A stretch of DNA of 64,000 nucleotides from Amoebidium appalachense (GCA_963693365.1 CAVNZM010000002.1:10286328-10350327), one strand, 5' to 3'; shown: positions 11,870-27,780, counted from the stretch's first letter. Numbers and translations: made by a program. Notes: generated from the letters alone by a model not told the origin.

Positions 11870-12844
11870 AAAAAAGTTTCGATGCCACATAGTATACGTG
11901 AAGGGTGTGATGCAGAATCCCTTGTGATGGGTCACAAGGCTTGCATAATCGCCCAAGTGCTCACATCGTACTATTAAAACTCTGTTGTGACCGGCACAGT
12001 AGGTGGTAGAACATAGCATGGCATGGCCATGGGTGTCACAGGATTAAAGTTTTTTACCCGGGCAAATCCTCCCCATGGATTTTCAGGCTACTAGCATCGG
12101 GTAAAAAGCCACAGCGTGTTGAGCAATATGGTTTCTTTGGCCTTAAGAATTTCTTAAAGAGACATTTACTCTACCGTGACCAAACTGTGCCTCTAGGCCA
12201 AACTCATCACTGAGCCATCTCTGACCTCCAATCACCCCCCCCCCCCCCCTCCCCCCCCCCAAAAAAGAAAAACAAAAAAAAGCACATACACACACAGACA
12301 CGCCCTGGTTCCCTCCTATATGTAAACTGAGGGTTAATAGGACTACAAATTGACCAGCCTGTGTTCACTGGCTGTGTAATTAATAATAAAACACGTTGAA
12401 TACATAGAGCAAGAACTAACAAAGTAGTGTTTCAGATTCAAGATCCACTTGGTCTATACACTAATATCCTTGAACTTTGACTAAGCACGAAGCCTCCACG
12501 GGCCGACCGTGAAATTTCCACACACAAAAATTACCAAGATTGTCTCATTAAGTCATTATAAAAGAAAAAATAATTAACTCACCCAAACTATGGCCATAAA
12601 ATTAAAACACCTACATGCACAGTCCAAGCCGAGTTGCTCCACATACACGGGAGGGGGTGGGGGGAGGGGGGAGGGGGAGGGGAAAGGGGGGGGGGGGGGG
12701 GGAGGAGGGGGGGAGGGGGGGGGGGGGGGGGGGGGGGCTTAGAATGCGCTATAGGGTATCCACATATACAAAGAGAATGGATGGTAAGGAAAGCCCATCA
12801 TCAGGGAAGACCCAAGTCATCTACCGAAGTATTTGGAAAGGGAG

Positions 12845-12878
<34 letters not shown>

Positions 12879-13308
12879 GGTTCGCTGTGGGTGGGGAGGG
12901 GGGAAGGAGGGAAGGGATACCGGAAACATTGCTTGGGGAATCCTGGGTGGAGGAGGAATGAGAAGGGGGGGGGGGGGGAGGGGGGGGAGGATGCTCTCAG
13001 TATGGTTAATTTTCTCCAACATTTATGTTTGTGGGTTTGTCTGTCTTGTCAGTCTGTCTGTGTGTGCGGCGCACGTGTGCGTGTGTATGTATATGCTTTT
13101 CGAAAGTGGTGTGTCTGAGTGTGGGCGTGCCCATGCATGTGTGTGTGAGTGTTTGGGGGGAGGGGAGGGGGGCGGGGGGAGGACGGGGTGGGGGCGGGGG
13201 GAGGGGAGGGGGGGGGGGGAATTTCAACTTGGTTAATAGGGGGGTCTGAGTGCTGCATATTTGCATATTTCCTGGTTTCATAAATGTATTCCCCTTCCCC
13301 CCGTCCCC

Positions 13309-13353
<45 letters not shown>

Positions 13354-13471
13354 CCCCCGGTCCGCCAAAAAAAAGAGAGAGAGAGAGAGACTGAGAGGGG
13401 ATGAGGGGGAGGGGAGGGAAAAAGGAGAGGGGGAGGGAGCGAGAGGGGGGGGGGGGGGGGGGAGAGAGGGG

Positions 13472-13516
<45 letters not shown>

Positions 13517-14287
13517 TTAACACACAATGTCCCCCCCCTCCCCCTCCCCGCCCCTCACCGCACACATGCCCCCTTCCTTTCTCTCTGCGGCAGCCACTGT
13601 ATCGTCATACCCACTGAGTAGTCCCTCTACTACCCTCAGAGTCTGTAGCTAAATGCCTTCCCCCTCCCCCCCTCCCCCCCCCTCGTACCCCCCTCCCCCC
13701 CCCCCCCCCCCCCCCCCCCCCGCCCTCCAAATACTTCTCTGGCTCTTCCATATCACGCAAAACTCAGACAAGCATCGGCTTTTGTGGCTCACGGATTCAT
13801 TGCAGGTGGCTTACAAGCGAATCTTTATCTTAATTTAAAGATCAAGAAGTAATTAAATTAAAAGGTCAGGCTGTGTTTTAAGTTGTCCTGCATATGTATA
13901 GTGACTTCTAACTGACGTTTTGCACCTGCGTGCCGTTGTTAGATTTATCCACTCAAGTGTCGGTCTGCTGGTGAATCTCTTAATGCGTCATTGTTTCTCA
14001 TGTTGTCTCTGTCTGGCTGTTTCCCTGCACCTATGTACTGTCCATGGGTTTTCTACAAGCAGGGGTGTACTTGCAGCCTAGGGCAGCTACTCTTCTCTCC
14101 CTCTCTCCCTCTCTCTCTCCCCCCCCCCCCCCCCTCCCCCTCTCCGCCCCCCTCCCCCCCCCCTGCCCCTCCCTCCCCCCACCCCCTTCTCACTCCGCTT
14201 GCTCCCTCACATCCTTTTAAATATGTATTACATGCATGGGATGTGTCCGTCACAATCCTTCCTCTCTTTCTCTGAGGGCCCCTTCTT

Positions 14288-14318
<31 letters not shown>

Positions 14319-14339
14319 GTTTCTTCACACACGCTCGCG

Positions 14340-14418
<79 letters not shown>

Positions 14419-14618
14419 ACACAGACACACGCACACACACATACACGCACCCAGACACACACATGCCGAGGGTCCTTCCCTGCCCCCTTCCTTGTTTCCT
14501 CGCACGTGCGTGCGCGCGCGCACACACACATACAATTTGATTCTCGATTCAGCCATTGACTGACCCAGAAGCCCCCCTCCCCCCCTCGCCCCCACGTTTC
14601 CACACAAACACACACACA

Positions 14619-14673
<55 letters not shown>

Positions 14674-14800
14674 CAAAAACACTCCGAGCCCCCCCCCCCC
14701 CCCCCCCCCCCTCCCCCTTTTCCTTGCGTGGGTACACACACACACCAGCGCGCACACAGTTTCAAATTTGTTTCTCGGTTCAGCCATTGACTGAACCGGA

Positions 14801-14833
<33 letters not shown>

Positions 14834-14984
14834 ATTTCCATGTTGCATACCACACAATGATGATCTTGCATTCTTGCAAGTTTGCTTTTGCAGTTTCATG
14901 GCCCGTTTTTCTCGTCGTGTAGTTGTACTTCGTGCAATGCTCCGTATCCTAACCCCGTCCTCCCCCCCCCCCCCCCCCCCCCCC

Positions 14985-15025
<41 letters not shown>

Positions 15026-15619
15026 CAACAGCCCACAAGCCAGTGGGACTCACGAACACAGTACCTGGTTCACACGATTGGCAATGCATGGGCACACACA
15101 CACATGCACCCGCATGCTCGCACACACACTACCATGATGTACGCACACGATCACAGCAGGAACTCGGAGTAGCATGACGGCGCAATGATTCTGCAGCCAC
15201 CCACCATCACTAAGGCTACCATGAGACTACCGGCTTGGGCCTGCAAACACGTTGCCACACGGCAGCCCAATGTGCGCCCTACATGCATCTATATGAGATA
15301 GGTTCAGGCCATGCACCCACAAACCGAATAATATCGTGACCTTACCATTATACATACATGTAGGCAGTGTGTGTACTGGCGGGCCAAGTTCTCGGTTTGG
15401 TGTACATGCTGTATGCAGTGGACTTGTAAAAAAATGACTCGGAGGGCGCGTGTAGTATTGGCTTTATTGGTATTTGTGTTATTTTGAATTTTTATAAGTT
15501 TTTTTCAGAAAGGGGGAACTGATAGCAATAATCTAAAGCTCTTCTGGTTTTGTTGTACCGTACGTCAAAGCCATAGCATTACGGCACACAGCCACCCCCC
15601 GCACACATTACACACAGTC

Positions 15620-15709
<90 letters not shown>

Positions 15710-16398
15710 CCGTGTCATGATAATGTGCATGCACACACAACAACGTAATGTTTGTCAAGCTTGTTTGTGCATGCAACAGTGTGCACGTGTCCTTGTAACT
15801 TAAAGTTACGACACAGCCACTGTGGCGCACCGGGACCATATATACTTCTGTTGTTGTTGTTGCCATCCTGTACATGTTTGGAAATTTCGTTTTTAACAAG
15901 CTGATATTCTGATATTCCTACTTTTTTGTTTGTATTATAAAAACGTATTTCAGTGAGTGCGCCAACACTTCAATGTGAGCAGGCTGGTATACTTTAAGCC
16001 TACTACGTACGAATACAAGCCTTCATGAGCATATATGATGGTCTGTTGACTGGGGGGCACTAGTTGGGGGCTCGGGGGAAGGGTGGTGTTGGTCGAGGTT
16101 ATGGGTGGGTTCGACACCGGTGGAAGGTGGTGACGGATCACAGTGTGGCAGGGGGGGGGGGGGGGGGGGGGGAGGGGGGGGGGGGGGGGGGGGGGAGGAG
16201 CAGGTTCTGGCTTGAAGGTAGAGCCATTCAGGTTAGACTGTAGATTCGGGAATAGAGATTGGCCAATAGGAGAGCAGAGGTTAGGGGGATTGCCCTTTAT
16301 GAGTAGCCAATAGGATTCAATCTTGTGAGATGTAACGAGTATATAAACCTGCCCTCGGTGGCCACAATAAACAGTCTTCCGGATCAAGTTTTGTATGA

Positions 16399-16434
<36 letters not shown>

Positions 16435-17351
16435 GGGAGGGGGAGGAAGAGGGGGAGGGGGAGGAAGAGGGGGGTGGAGGGGGAGAGGAGTGGGGAGGGG
16501 GAGGGGGGGGCTCTATGGGGTGAGGGCCAGGAGGGTAGGGTCGGGCGGTGGTCGGGGGTGAGGTGTTGGGAGGGGAGTTTTTTTTTTGAGAAGGGGTTGG
16601 GGGATTGGGCGGGGGGGGAGGGGGGGGGGGAGAAGAGGTTGAAACGGAGTCCGTTTTGAAATTCTGCCACGTCACGAATGGCATGGCCACTGCAGGCACC
16701 TGAGAGCAATACGAAATACCACGACACGAACTGTTGCATGCGTATACACACACCAAGAGGTTGAATATGTTAAAGTAACGTACAGATCGGGGGTCCTGTG
16801 AATCCGTGACTAGTCTCCTATCGCATGTCTGAGCAAGAGTTAAGGGAAACAGTAAAGGCACGCGGCACCCCCCGTGCAGGGCAGGGGGGGGGGGGGGTAG
16901 AGTGCGTTTTCATTTATCATGAAAGAACGACAGACATTCACGAAGGATATATACATATCACAATGCCCATGATGATATCGATTCGACCGGACACACTACG
17001 GAGTACATATGCACCCTGTATAGGCCGGAGCATGCGCACGCATCAGTCTTCCTAGAGACGAGGCTTAAGTTAATGCTTAAACAGTACGCACCCAAGTGAA
17101 ATCCCACCAATTGACCGCGTATGTGACACCCAACTCAAACACGGCTTCATGATCACTTGAACATGCGTGGCTGCAATCGATTATATAGAGAAGATATATA
17201 CCGTGGGAGCGGACTTCAATGCTAGAGTAGTACTACGTGGGAAAAGATTTGGTGGTTGGGTGGGTGGGTGAGTGTGTGTGTATGTGTGTGTGTGTATGTG
17301 TGTGTGTGTATGTGTGTGTGTGGTGGTGGTGGTGGTGGTGGTGGTGGTGGT

Positions 17352-17387
<36 letters not shown>

Positions 17388-18568
17388 GGGGGGGTCATTC
17401 ACCCCTAGGGAAACCAACTTTCAATAATCATTTTATAAAAAAACATCAAAGCGGCATCCACTCTGCCCAGGACGCCTTTGCTTCACATCCCGAAATATAC
17501 TTTTCATCATACAGTCACCGATAAAGAACTCGCACACAAAATCCGATAAAGAATTTTAAAAAAAATGAATATTCAAAAAAATGAAAGGAATGTCCGTAAA
17601 TTCCGCGACTTCTCACCAAAAAGAATAATCCATATCTACCAAACCGCGTGAGGGTAGCGGTAAAAATCATCAAAGGTCGACATTTGGCCTTCCCCGCCTA
17701 CTCAACGTACCCAACAAACACAGCTTAAAAAAAAAAAACTCCAAAAACCCACAGATAAAAGTGAAGCCTGACAACCAACCGATGACGTCATCACATCCAA
17801 TCGCAGCCATTTTTTGTTCAACCCTGTGAACTTGCGCTGCCGCCCCCCCCCCCCCCCCCCCCCCCCCCTCCCGCCCCCACCCTTACCGCTCACGGGCGGT
17901 GTGAAGTCGCACCAAAACCAAAACCAAAGCAAAGGAAACGACCCCCCCCCCCCCCCCCCCAAACTCCTTTAAAATCTACCCTCTCCTCCTCCCCTTCCCC
18001 TCCGGGTGAATAGTTATGTCGACTTCATGCTTATACAATTAACTAGGCGAAGTCCCGCCACCACCGCGCCAAGAGCGGTAAAACATTGTGCGTGCGCTAT
18101 ACGAAAAAGAGTGCCATTATGCTTTTATACCAGAATTACCATCGCTACTGTATACGAGCTTTAGTAGTGTGCCACACGTGCATCTCAACGCTTCCGTCTG
18201 TTCGTTTATGCATAGCTGTTAGCTTTATACACGGGAGGATAAAAACACTCCCAAGCTTAAATGTGCAAAACCATGCTCATAGATTTTAACAACAACCCCC
18301 CCCCCCCTCTTCCTTCCCACAAACGCACCTACACGCTCAAGCGGCATCCGAGTAAGGGTTAAAGAAGACTAAAAAAACGCAAAATTTAAACTGTGATCAG
18401 TTTATCGAGCATTATCATTAAATCCCCACCTACCCACCCCCCCATCACGTACTCATCAATTCCGACTTTTGGTCGTAAATTCGCTTCCAACCGTCCACCA
18501 CCAACGGACATTCAGCCCCATTCCATCTCTCTCCGCCTACATCCAACCATCCGCCTATCCCGTCCGCC

Positions 18569-18879
18569 TCACAAATTCATGACCTGCTGCAAATCCTCGA
18601 CGCTAATCAGAGGGTGGTGGGCCCGGCTCACCATCATGTCCCGCAGCCGCTGCGCCTCGGCAGGGGAGATATACGTGGACGGTAAAACCTCTGATTCCGG
18701 CTGCGAAAGTTGGGGGTGGGGGGGTTCAAGGGGGAACATGATGACAATGACCCCCAGAGGCACGTGATTGGTGGGGCATCGCTGCAGGGAGAGGGAGGCA
18801 CGTGTGCGGAGGATGGCGCCGTTCTTGCGCACGAGATTCAGGTCGCACACACAGGCCTGTGTGCCTCCTGACCGGTAGC

Positions 18880-18957
<78 letters not shown>

Positions 18958-18999
18958 GGTGAAGGCGTGTGTGTTTGTCACAGTTTGTGGGTGAGCAAA

Positions 19000-19086
<87 letters not shown>

Positions 19087-19461
19087 TGGGGGAAAGGGGG
19101 GGGGGGAGAGAGGGGGGGGGGGGGGGGGGGGGAGGGGTCAGCTGCTGAAGTTTCCATACACGGGAACTCCCAAGGGGGGAACCGATTTACATGATCATGG
19201 GGTTCGAAGTTTTTTTTGCGCATCTTGTGCGAGCGTGCATGCACATTCATGCTAGTGTCAGGGCTATTTATGTCTATCTCGAGGGTATGTGACTGACATC
19301 GGTTGCACACACGTGAGTGCATTTGTGAGGCCCCGCAGTGGTGTTGGGGAGGAGAGTCGCAGAGGGAGACTGGGGGGGGGGGGGGGGGGGGGGGAAGGGG
19401 GGAGACAGGCAGAGAGAAGTAGGAGGGGGGGGGGGGGAGGGGGGGGGGGAGTGAGGAGAGA

Positions 19462-19510
<49 letters not shown>

Positions 19511-21243
19511 GGGGGGGGGGGGGGGCAAATACAGGAGGTGAGAGGGTGGGAGATAGAGAGAAAAGGAGAGAGGGGGGGGGGGGGGGGAGGGGGGTAAGGG
19601 GATCGGAGGGAGAGCGAGACACAAGGGAGAGGGAGAGATAGCACTCAACCACCCATCTGCACCTGCAGATTTTGCGAAAACAGCACAAACACGGAGGAGA
19701 GAATGGGGGTGGGAGGGCAGAAACTGGATAGAAGACGATAAAGCCAGAAAGAGGGGGAGAGGGCTGGTGTCGAGTTACATAGACTGCATTGAAAAACAGG
19801 CGAAATACGCACAGTGCACTCTCAGGACAGCAGTGGGAGATCGAAAGGCGGAGGGGAAGGGAGGGAGGGAGGGACGGGGGGGGAGGGGGGAGGGGGGGGG
19901 GGGAGGGAGGATGTATGCATTATAGGGTTGTAATTATAGGAGTGGTGACATACAAATGACAAAAAACTAGTGTCAGAAACCATACCAAACTACAAGAACA
20001 AGAAAAAAAGTGTAAGCAAGGACACTTAGGGGTGGGGGTGGTGTGTGTGTTTGTGTGTTTGTGAGTATGAGTGTGTGTGTGTGTGTTTGTGTGTTTGTGA
20101 GTATGAGTGTGTGTGTGTGTGTTTGTGTGTTTGTGAGTATGAGTGTGTGTGTGTGTGTTTGTGCGTGTGGGGAAAGGGGCGGACAGACAACCAGATGCGG
20201 GACACAAGCAAAAGCACCCCGTTACCGCACCACACTCAAAATGCCTGCAAACGACAAAAAATATTTATAACCCCATGTTTCTTTTTATAGTAGTATACCT
20301 GGATGCCCGGGCCGGTGTAGAATGCGTGCAGGTCCTTGTCTGGCAGGAACTCATGGATGTATCTGTTGCGCAACAGCTCCTCCCGGGTGTAGCCCAGGAT
20401 GTGTGCCAGCTGGTCGGACACAGTCGCTATCTGCCCACTGCGACGCACAACCATGCCTGGGAGGGGGAGGGGGAGGGGAGCGAGGGAGAGGGGGGGGGGG
20501 GGGGGGGGGGGGGAGGGGGGACGGGAGTTAGAATGTGTTACAGAGTACGGAAACATACAACGCCAACGTACGGATAAGGAGGAGGGAGGGGCGCCCGCGG
20601 AGCGGGGGGGGGGGGGAGGGGGGGGAAGGGGGGAAGGAATAAAGAGAGAAAAGAGGGGAGAAGGGGAGGGGGGTAAAAAAAGAGGGGGGATTGTGTGTGT
20701 GTGTGTGTGTGTGTTATGTGTACATGTGTGTGCGGGCATGTGTGAGTTTGTGCGTACGCATGCGTGCCCGCACGTAAAAGTGCCGTGTGTGAGCACGGGG
20801 GTGCAGGGAGGGTGTGAGTGAGTGTGAGTGTGAGTGTGAGTGGTGGTTGTGGGGGGGATATGTTTCGCGGTACGATGGGGGTGGGCAAGACGGAAATGTT
20901 TTTAAAAAAAGCTATTCGCATGCAGCCACATGCAGACAACCACCCAAGCAAACCCCTAGTTTTCTTTATCCTCATGAGCCAATCGATCGATCCGTCACTT
21001 GCCTCACCCACTCAGACACACAGGCACATGTACAAGAACAGGCAGACAAGAGCACACACATGCAGGCCACCACCACGAATACAACCGGCACCAGCACCCC
21101 GAAAAACTCTGCCCTGTGATTGGTGGAACGGCTGCCGAGAGTAACTCATTGTCGTGGTGTATGGCTGTAATCCACACATGCACCTACATAAAGCCGTTGC
21201 ATAGATGTACAGCCCAAAATACTCTTCCCTCTCTCCCTCCCTC

Positions 21244-21282
<39 letters not shown>

Positions 21283-21689
21283 AACAGCACCACCAGACAC
21301 TTATAACAACCCACACCACCGCAACTTGCAAAACAATACAGCCCACCACCGCCACCTCGCCATCTGCCCGCATCCACCACCCAAACGGCACCTTCTTCTT
21401 CAGAATCTCCAACACAAACACCCAGTCAACATTGCACCCACACATGCACACACCCAACACAAGCACACCAGTACAACACCTACATCTACCCACCCTCCCT
21501 TTAGCCAACCACGCCTCACTCTCCCACCTGTTCCCAACCACCATGCTTCACACACCCACGCACATGCACGCGTGCACACACATCTACCCACCCAGCCTTT
21601 CCCGTCCACACACCGACCGATTGGCACAACACCTACACACACCATACCCACCTACCCATGCACCCGTTCCTCACCCACTCCCACCCCCT

Positions 21690-21721
<32 letters not shown>

Positions 21722-23201
21722 TTCCCCCAAATCACACATGCACTAACCCATCCGCCCCTCCATCCCACATACCAGGCAGGGTAAGGATGGTCATGTACTT
21801 GCGCGCGCTCAGCAGCAGCCTCTCGAAGCTCTGCGTGATGGTGACCAAATCCTTGTAGTCCAGGGTAAGCAGCGTCTCCATAAACTCGTTGCGGAACGGC
21901 ACCAGCGCCGCCTCAATATCGTCCAGCTGCTCCCTGCTCACGCGCACCTTAATGTACTCGTGCAGGTTAAGGGCCCCCTGGTAGTAGCGCAAAAGACTGT
22001 TTGCACTCAGCACCGCTGTCGCCTGGTCCGGGTTCATCTCCATCGCCTGGTGCTGAATCTTCTCCGTGAACGCAACGAGCCGCGCATTGTCCACCCCGCC
22101 AAAGGACTCCGCGAGGTTGGGCGGGTCCGCCGCCGCGTTGAGTTCGGCCGTGTTGATACCAAACCCACCGCACACCCATTCGTCAATGAGCCCCGCCTGC
22201 TTCCTACTGTTTGCACCACCCAGGTTCATACCGGGCATGGGTCCATCGGGCCCGTGTCCCCCCGGGGCGCTTCCCCCGTTGCTCATGTCCTCGCGGCGGA
22301 GATCGTTGCCACCATGGTCCGAGTCACCCATCCCTTGCTCCATGCCGCTCTCGGTGCCTGAAGGGCTTAGGGTGCTTGCTGGACGCGCAGGAATACCCTC
22401 CCTCTCACGTTGCATTCTGAGCCCCTGTGCAGGTGGAACGGAAAAAAACATCAGCAAGGGTTCTCTTAGACTATCTTACAAGATCATTTCACGTGGTTGC
22501 TGTTGGCAAGAAAGCCTCTCTCTATGGACATTTGTTCTTCGTTGCAGTAGCCGTAATACCGGGGACGTTTCAAAGCACACACATTAGATAAGAGCCACAT
22601 CACTATGCAGTTCGTTATGGTCAAAAAGAAGGGGGAGGAGTGCTTTCAGGGTTTCTGTCTGGGTGGTGGTTCACGTGCCCGAGCAAAACATGGTTGACAG
22701 ATGTATTCACAACCCAAACAACACTCCCACCCACTTAACCACCTAGCCACATGCACACACACACCCCACCCCTGACCTTTCAAAAACTTTCCGTCCTCCG
22801 CTCCATCTTCTCATCCCCTAGCACTAGTCAAACAAAACAAAACGACAAGCCTTCGAGGCCGTGTACAAGGAACCCAACACTGCTTTCCTACTACCTCTCT
22901 CTCTCCCCTCCCTCTTCTCAACCCCACAACCCTCCCTACCGCCCTTCTTCCTCTTGCTTACCTGGTGAAACTGGCCGATTTCGCTCCGCAGCTTGCGAAA
23001 CAGAACATGCAAGTCATCCTCTTCATCACGGCACAAGTGTGCTATGTTTCTCTTGCGGCAACGGCTGCACGGCCGGTCAGCATCGCACATTAAATGGGAA
23101 CGGTGGCAGTAAACACAAGCCTTGGCCACGCGCCTCCTGCGGTCGGCCTTCTTCCCCTTTTCCCCCTTCTCCCCCTTCTCGGGTTTCTCCTTGTCGGCCA
23201 T
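18569..23201 (-). CDS. Zn(II)2Cys6 binuclear cluster transcription factor with C-terminal PAS-like domain (Rds2/Ert1/AcuM/AcuK family)
   Basis: Exons 23201-22962, 22424-21773, 20456-20299 and 18880-18569 are GT-AG with consistent phases. The N-terminal [30 protein letters not shown] is a Cx2Cx6Cx5Cx2Cx8C cluster of the Rds2/AcuM type. [31 protein letters not shown] matches the family's PAS region. Confidence 0.9.
20040..20165. repeat. 36-bp intronic minisatellite, about 3 copies
   Basis: Repeats of GTGAGTATGAGTGTGTGTGTGTGTGTTTGTGTGTTT. Confidence 0.85.
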
Positions 23202-24699
23202 TTTAATGTTTTCTGGAAAGTCTGTTGTTTGCAGAGTTTTGCTGTGCGTGTATGTGTGATGTATGTTGAAGGGAAGGAAAAAAGGTAGGGAAAGAGTATA
23301 TAGATAGGTAGTGCACAGACTCAGGGAGTGCGAAGGAAAACTATCCTTCTCCTTTATATGCTTGCAGAAAAAGCATACGTGAACCCCACTCAATAACCAG
23401 AGAAGGCAACAAAAAAAATGGACCCAATATATCATGGAACATACAACTGTTACATAATAATGATATATTTCATTCTCTTTTACTTTGTATGCATATAATG
23501 GTCAGCGTTAAAAACTCAAACACACACCCTTTCTAACACCACGACAACCGGTACCAAACCCGGTTACTACTTCTATTCTTTTGGATACCTTTTCAAGGCA
23601 AAACACTTGAAAACTGGAGAAAATCTGTTTGTCAACTGACTGAGTGGGCGATCTGCGCCGGCGCCTGACAAACGTTCACTTATCATGATGCACGATCGGA
23701 TTATGAACCCTAAGAGTTTGAAATGTTAAACATAAAAAAGGGGGGCTTGTTTAATCAGTATAATGCAATGAAAAAAGATCCCAATCAAGCCACGTTTTGT
23801 TTAGGGGACTCTACACCGTTGAGAAACCGAAAACTCTAAATTAATGTTTTTGGACGTGTCGCCAGTGTGCCAATCAGAATACGTTGCAGTTGGGGGGGGG
23901 GCGTGCCGTGAGTCAACTTTGCAAAAAAATACCCGCAGGCCCAAAGATATCGATACACAAACCACGCAGAACTACAAGAAGTTCATAAATATAATGCTTT
24001 CAGTAGGAAAAAATGAATCGTATTCAGCACTATAGTGCAACGGCAACACCCTTTACATGCTACCACAGCAGACAAATATTTCTATATATCATGAATGCAT
24101 GCAATGTATCTCACACGTACTGACGGTGTGCACGCGCTGCGATGAACTTTACGTTCGCTCCGATTTTTCCTTACACTCTCGCGACCGCGTGCATGCTTTC
24201 TGTCGCGGCGCCTCGACGGTTCGATAGAGTCCAGTGTTCGCTGAATGTGTAAGGAAAAATAAGGAGCCATCTCAGTAGGTGGCAGGCAATGTATATAGGA
24301 TTTGGCGCACGGCACCAAACACGTGGCCCCGTGACTCGTGACTCGTGAGCTAACATTAGTAATTTAGGCCCCTGCAGGTGCGTGCGCCTGGCGCCCCCAA
24401 ACAATCGATACAAAGCTTTTCTCGATGTCAACAAAACAAAAACAAAAAACAAACAACCAGCTAATTATTTGTCTGTGCTCCTAACTGCTCTATCTATTCG
24501 CACATCCGACGAACTCGAAAAAGAATATAGGTATAAATAAGAAAAAGTCACTTTCACACTGATTCCAATACTCGGTGCTGGACACTTGCGACACACAGTC
24601 ACTGACACTGCGAGGGCCGTGCACAACTTCCAGAACGATCCACCAGCTGTACAGCGCCTTCGTCCGGCCACGGTGCAGCTACAAGTCGTTAGGTAACCT

Positions 24700-25687
<988 letters not shown>

Positions 25688-25831
25688 CATGAATCCGTGC
25701 TGTGCCCCACAAATTTCAGAACACTGTCCATAATATAATCCTTCTCTTTTAATTAAGAAAGATGTACCGTTAAGTCTTCCAGGAATTCCGTCTATTTTCA
25801 CTCCTAATGCTGGTACTGCTCAACTGTGTAG
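25688..25831 (-). pseudogene. cox2: NUMT: fragment of mitochondrial cytochrome c oxidase subunit II (CuA-binding region)
   Basis: Translates as LHS(W=TGA at 25820-25822)[44 protein letters not shown], the CuA motif. It has AT-rich codons, is truncated at both ends and is flanked by C-rich tracts. Confidence 0.95.
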
Positions 25832-26130
25832 CTCCCCCACCTTCTCCCCCTCCCCCTTACCCCCCCCCCCCCTCCCCCCCCCCCCCCCCCAAAAAAAAAA
25901 AAAAAAAAAAAAAAGGTTACCCCTTCCAGAACGTTCCCATACTTTCTATCCCGATTCCGTTTAAAGAAAACCCGGTCCTGCCTTGCTTTCTTGTCATTCC
26001 GATCTTGTTTACCGATTTCCCCCCCCCCCCCCCCCCCCCTCACCCCTCTGCTTCCCCTCCGTCCACCTACCCACGGGCAGAGCTAGAAGTCTCAGCTAGG
26101 CGAATTCTATAGGACTATAATGATAATACA

Positions 26131-26186
<56 letters not shown>

Positions 26187-26195
26187 GATAATACA

Positions 26196-26281
<86 letters not shown>

Positions 26282-26376
26282 GGACATGTACTACATGAAG
26301 GTTTCAGCCCATCCGCCATGTCTGAACATGATTTTGTCGTTTCAGATCTGTGCTCTAGAAATTTTTCGATAATACA

Positions 26377-26475
<99 letters not shown>

Positions 26476-26560
26476 GGACATGTACTACATGAAGGTTTCA
26501 GCCCATCCGCCATGTCTGAACATGATTTTGTCGTTTCAGATCTGTGCTCTAGAAATTTTT
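26187..26560. repeat. About 185-bp tandem duplication including (CA)n(TA)n
   Basis: AAAGTGGACATGTACTACATGAAGG...TCTAGAAATTTTT occurs twice (about 26277-26366 and 26471-26560), each preceded by (CA)n(TA)n. Confidence 0.9.
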
Positions 26561-27064
26561 CCATTTGTATAAACAATCGAAGTCCTTGGTAGTCAACACA
26601 CCTATCACATAGGCAGGTCGCCTACCCTAACGGGTTTGAATACCCGATTTTTTCCTCCCATTTCTGAACTGCCCCTTCAATGTGACCCCCCCTCACCTCC
26701 CCACTCCACCCTATCCCGCTCACAAGGAGAGGAGGTCCCGGGGGGGGGGGGGGGGGGGGGGGGGGGAGGGAGGGGGGGGGGGGGGGGGGGGGGGGGGGCA
26801 AGAGGTTGGGGAGGGTGTGTGTGCAAGCCACAGTGTGTGGTGGTGATGGTGATGATTGTGATGGTGGTGGTAGTTGGGGAGGGGGTGCGGCGGCGGCGGC
26901 GGCGGCGGGGAAGGGGGGGGGGGGGGGGGGGGGGGGACCGGTGGAAGAATAGACAATTTTTCAGACCTGTGTTGCCACCACACTGACTGGCTAACATGAA
27001 ATTATTTTCTCTGCAGGATCCCCCCGATTTGAATTTGCAGTCGATTCCCGAACCCTTTTCCACC

Positions 27065-27439
27065 ATGACCGAGCCAGCGCTACTTGCAAAAACCCCGCCA
27101 ACCCCCTACTATGCAGTGGTATTTGCCAGCACAAAGAGCCCCACCGCAGGGGCTGACTACGGAGCCACGGCAGATAGGATGGTCGAGTTGGCGGCACAGC
27201 AGCCAGGTGGGAATCGAGATATACCGGGGATATCAATGTTTAAAGCTTGGGATATACCAGTAATAATACACCGGGGATATAGCAGTATTAGAGAAGAAAT
27301 ATACCAATATACCGGAAAGGTGTACGTAGCATGATGATATGAAGACGCGTGTGACATGTGGCGCGCTAGGGAAGCTTGCATGGGGTGGTATTACCTGGGC
27401 TAAAGTCATGAAAAGGTGAAGGTGGAGATGGGGGAGCGA

Positions 27440-27476
<37 letters not shown>

Positions 27477-27618
27477 GGGGGCAGTCCCTTGTGCTGTTGG
27501 CTTCACTTACCATCCCCCCTCCCCCCTCACCCCCACCCCCCCGCCTCCCCCTCCCCTACTCAAAGTTCACATGTGCAGTGGCATTCCTTATCTCATTTTT
27601 CGTGTTTGGCACAAAGTG

Positions 27619-27688
<70 letters not shown>

Positions 27689-27780
27689 ATACACAGCACA
27701 CGTACACCCCCCCCACACACACATACACAACACACGTACACACACGCATGCATACACACGCGCGTGCCCGCGCACGCGCA

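Noticed and set aside
24573-24692. GC-balanced segment ending in AG|GTAACC as a coding exon of the ABM gene
   Set aside because: No ATG, and the phase is incompatible with the acceptor at about 27016; at most a 5' UTR exon.
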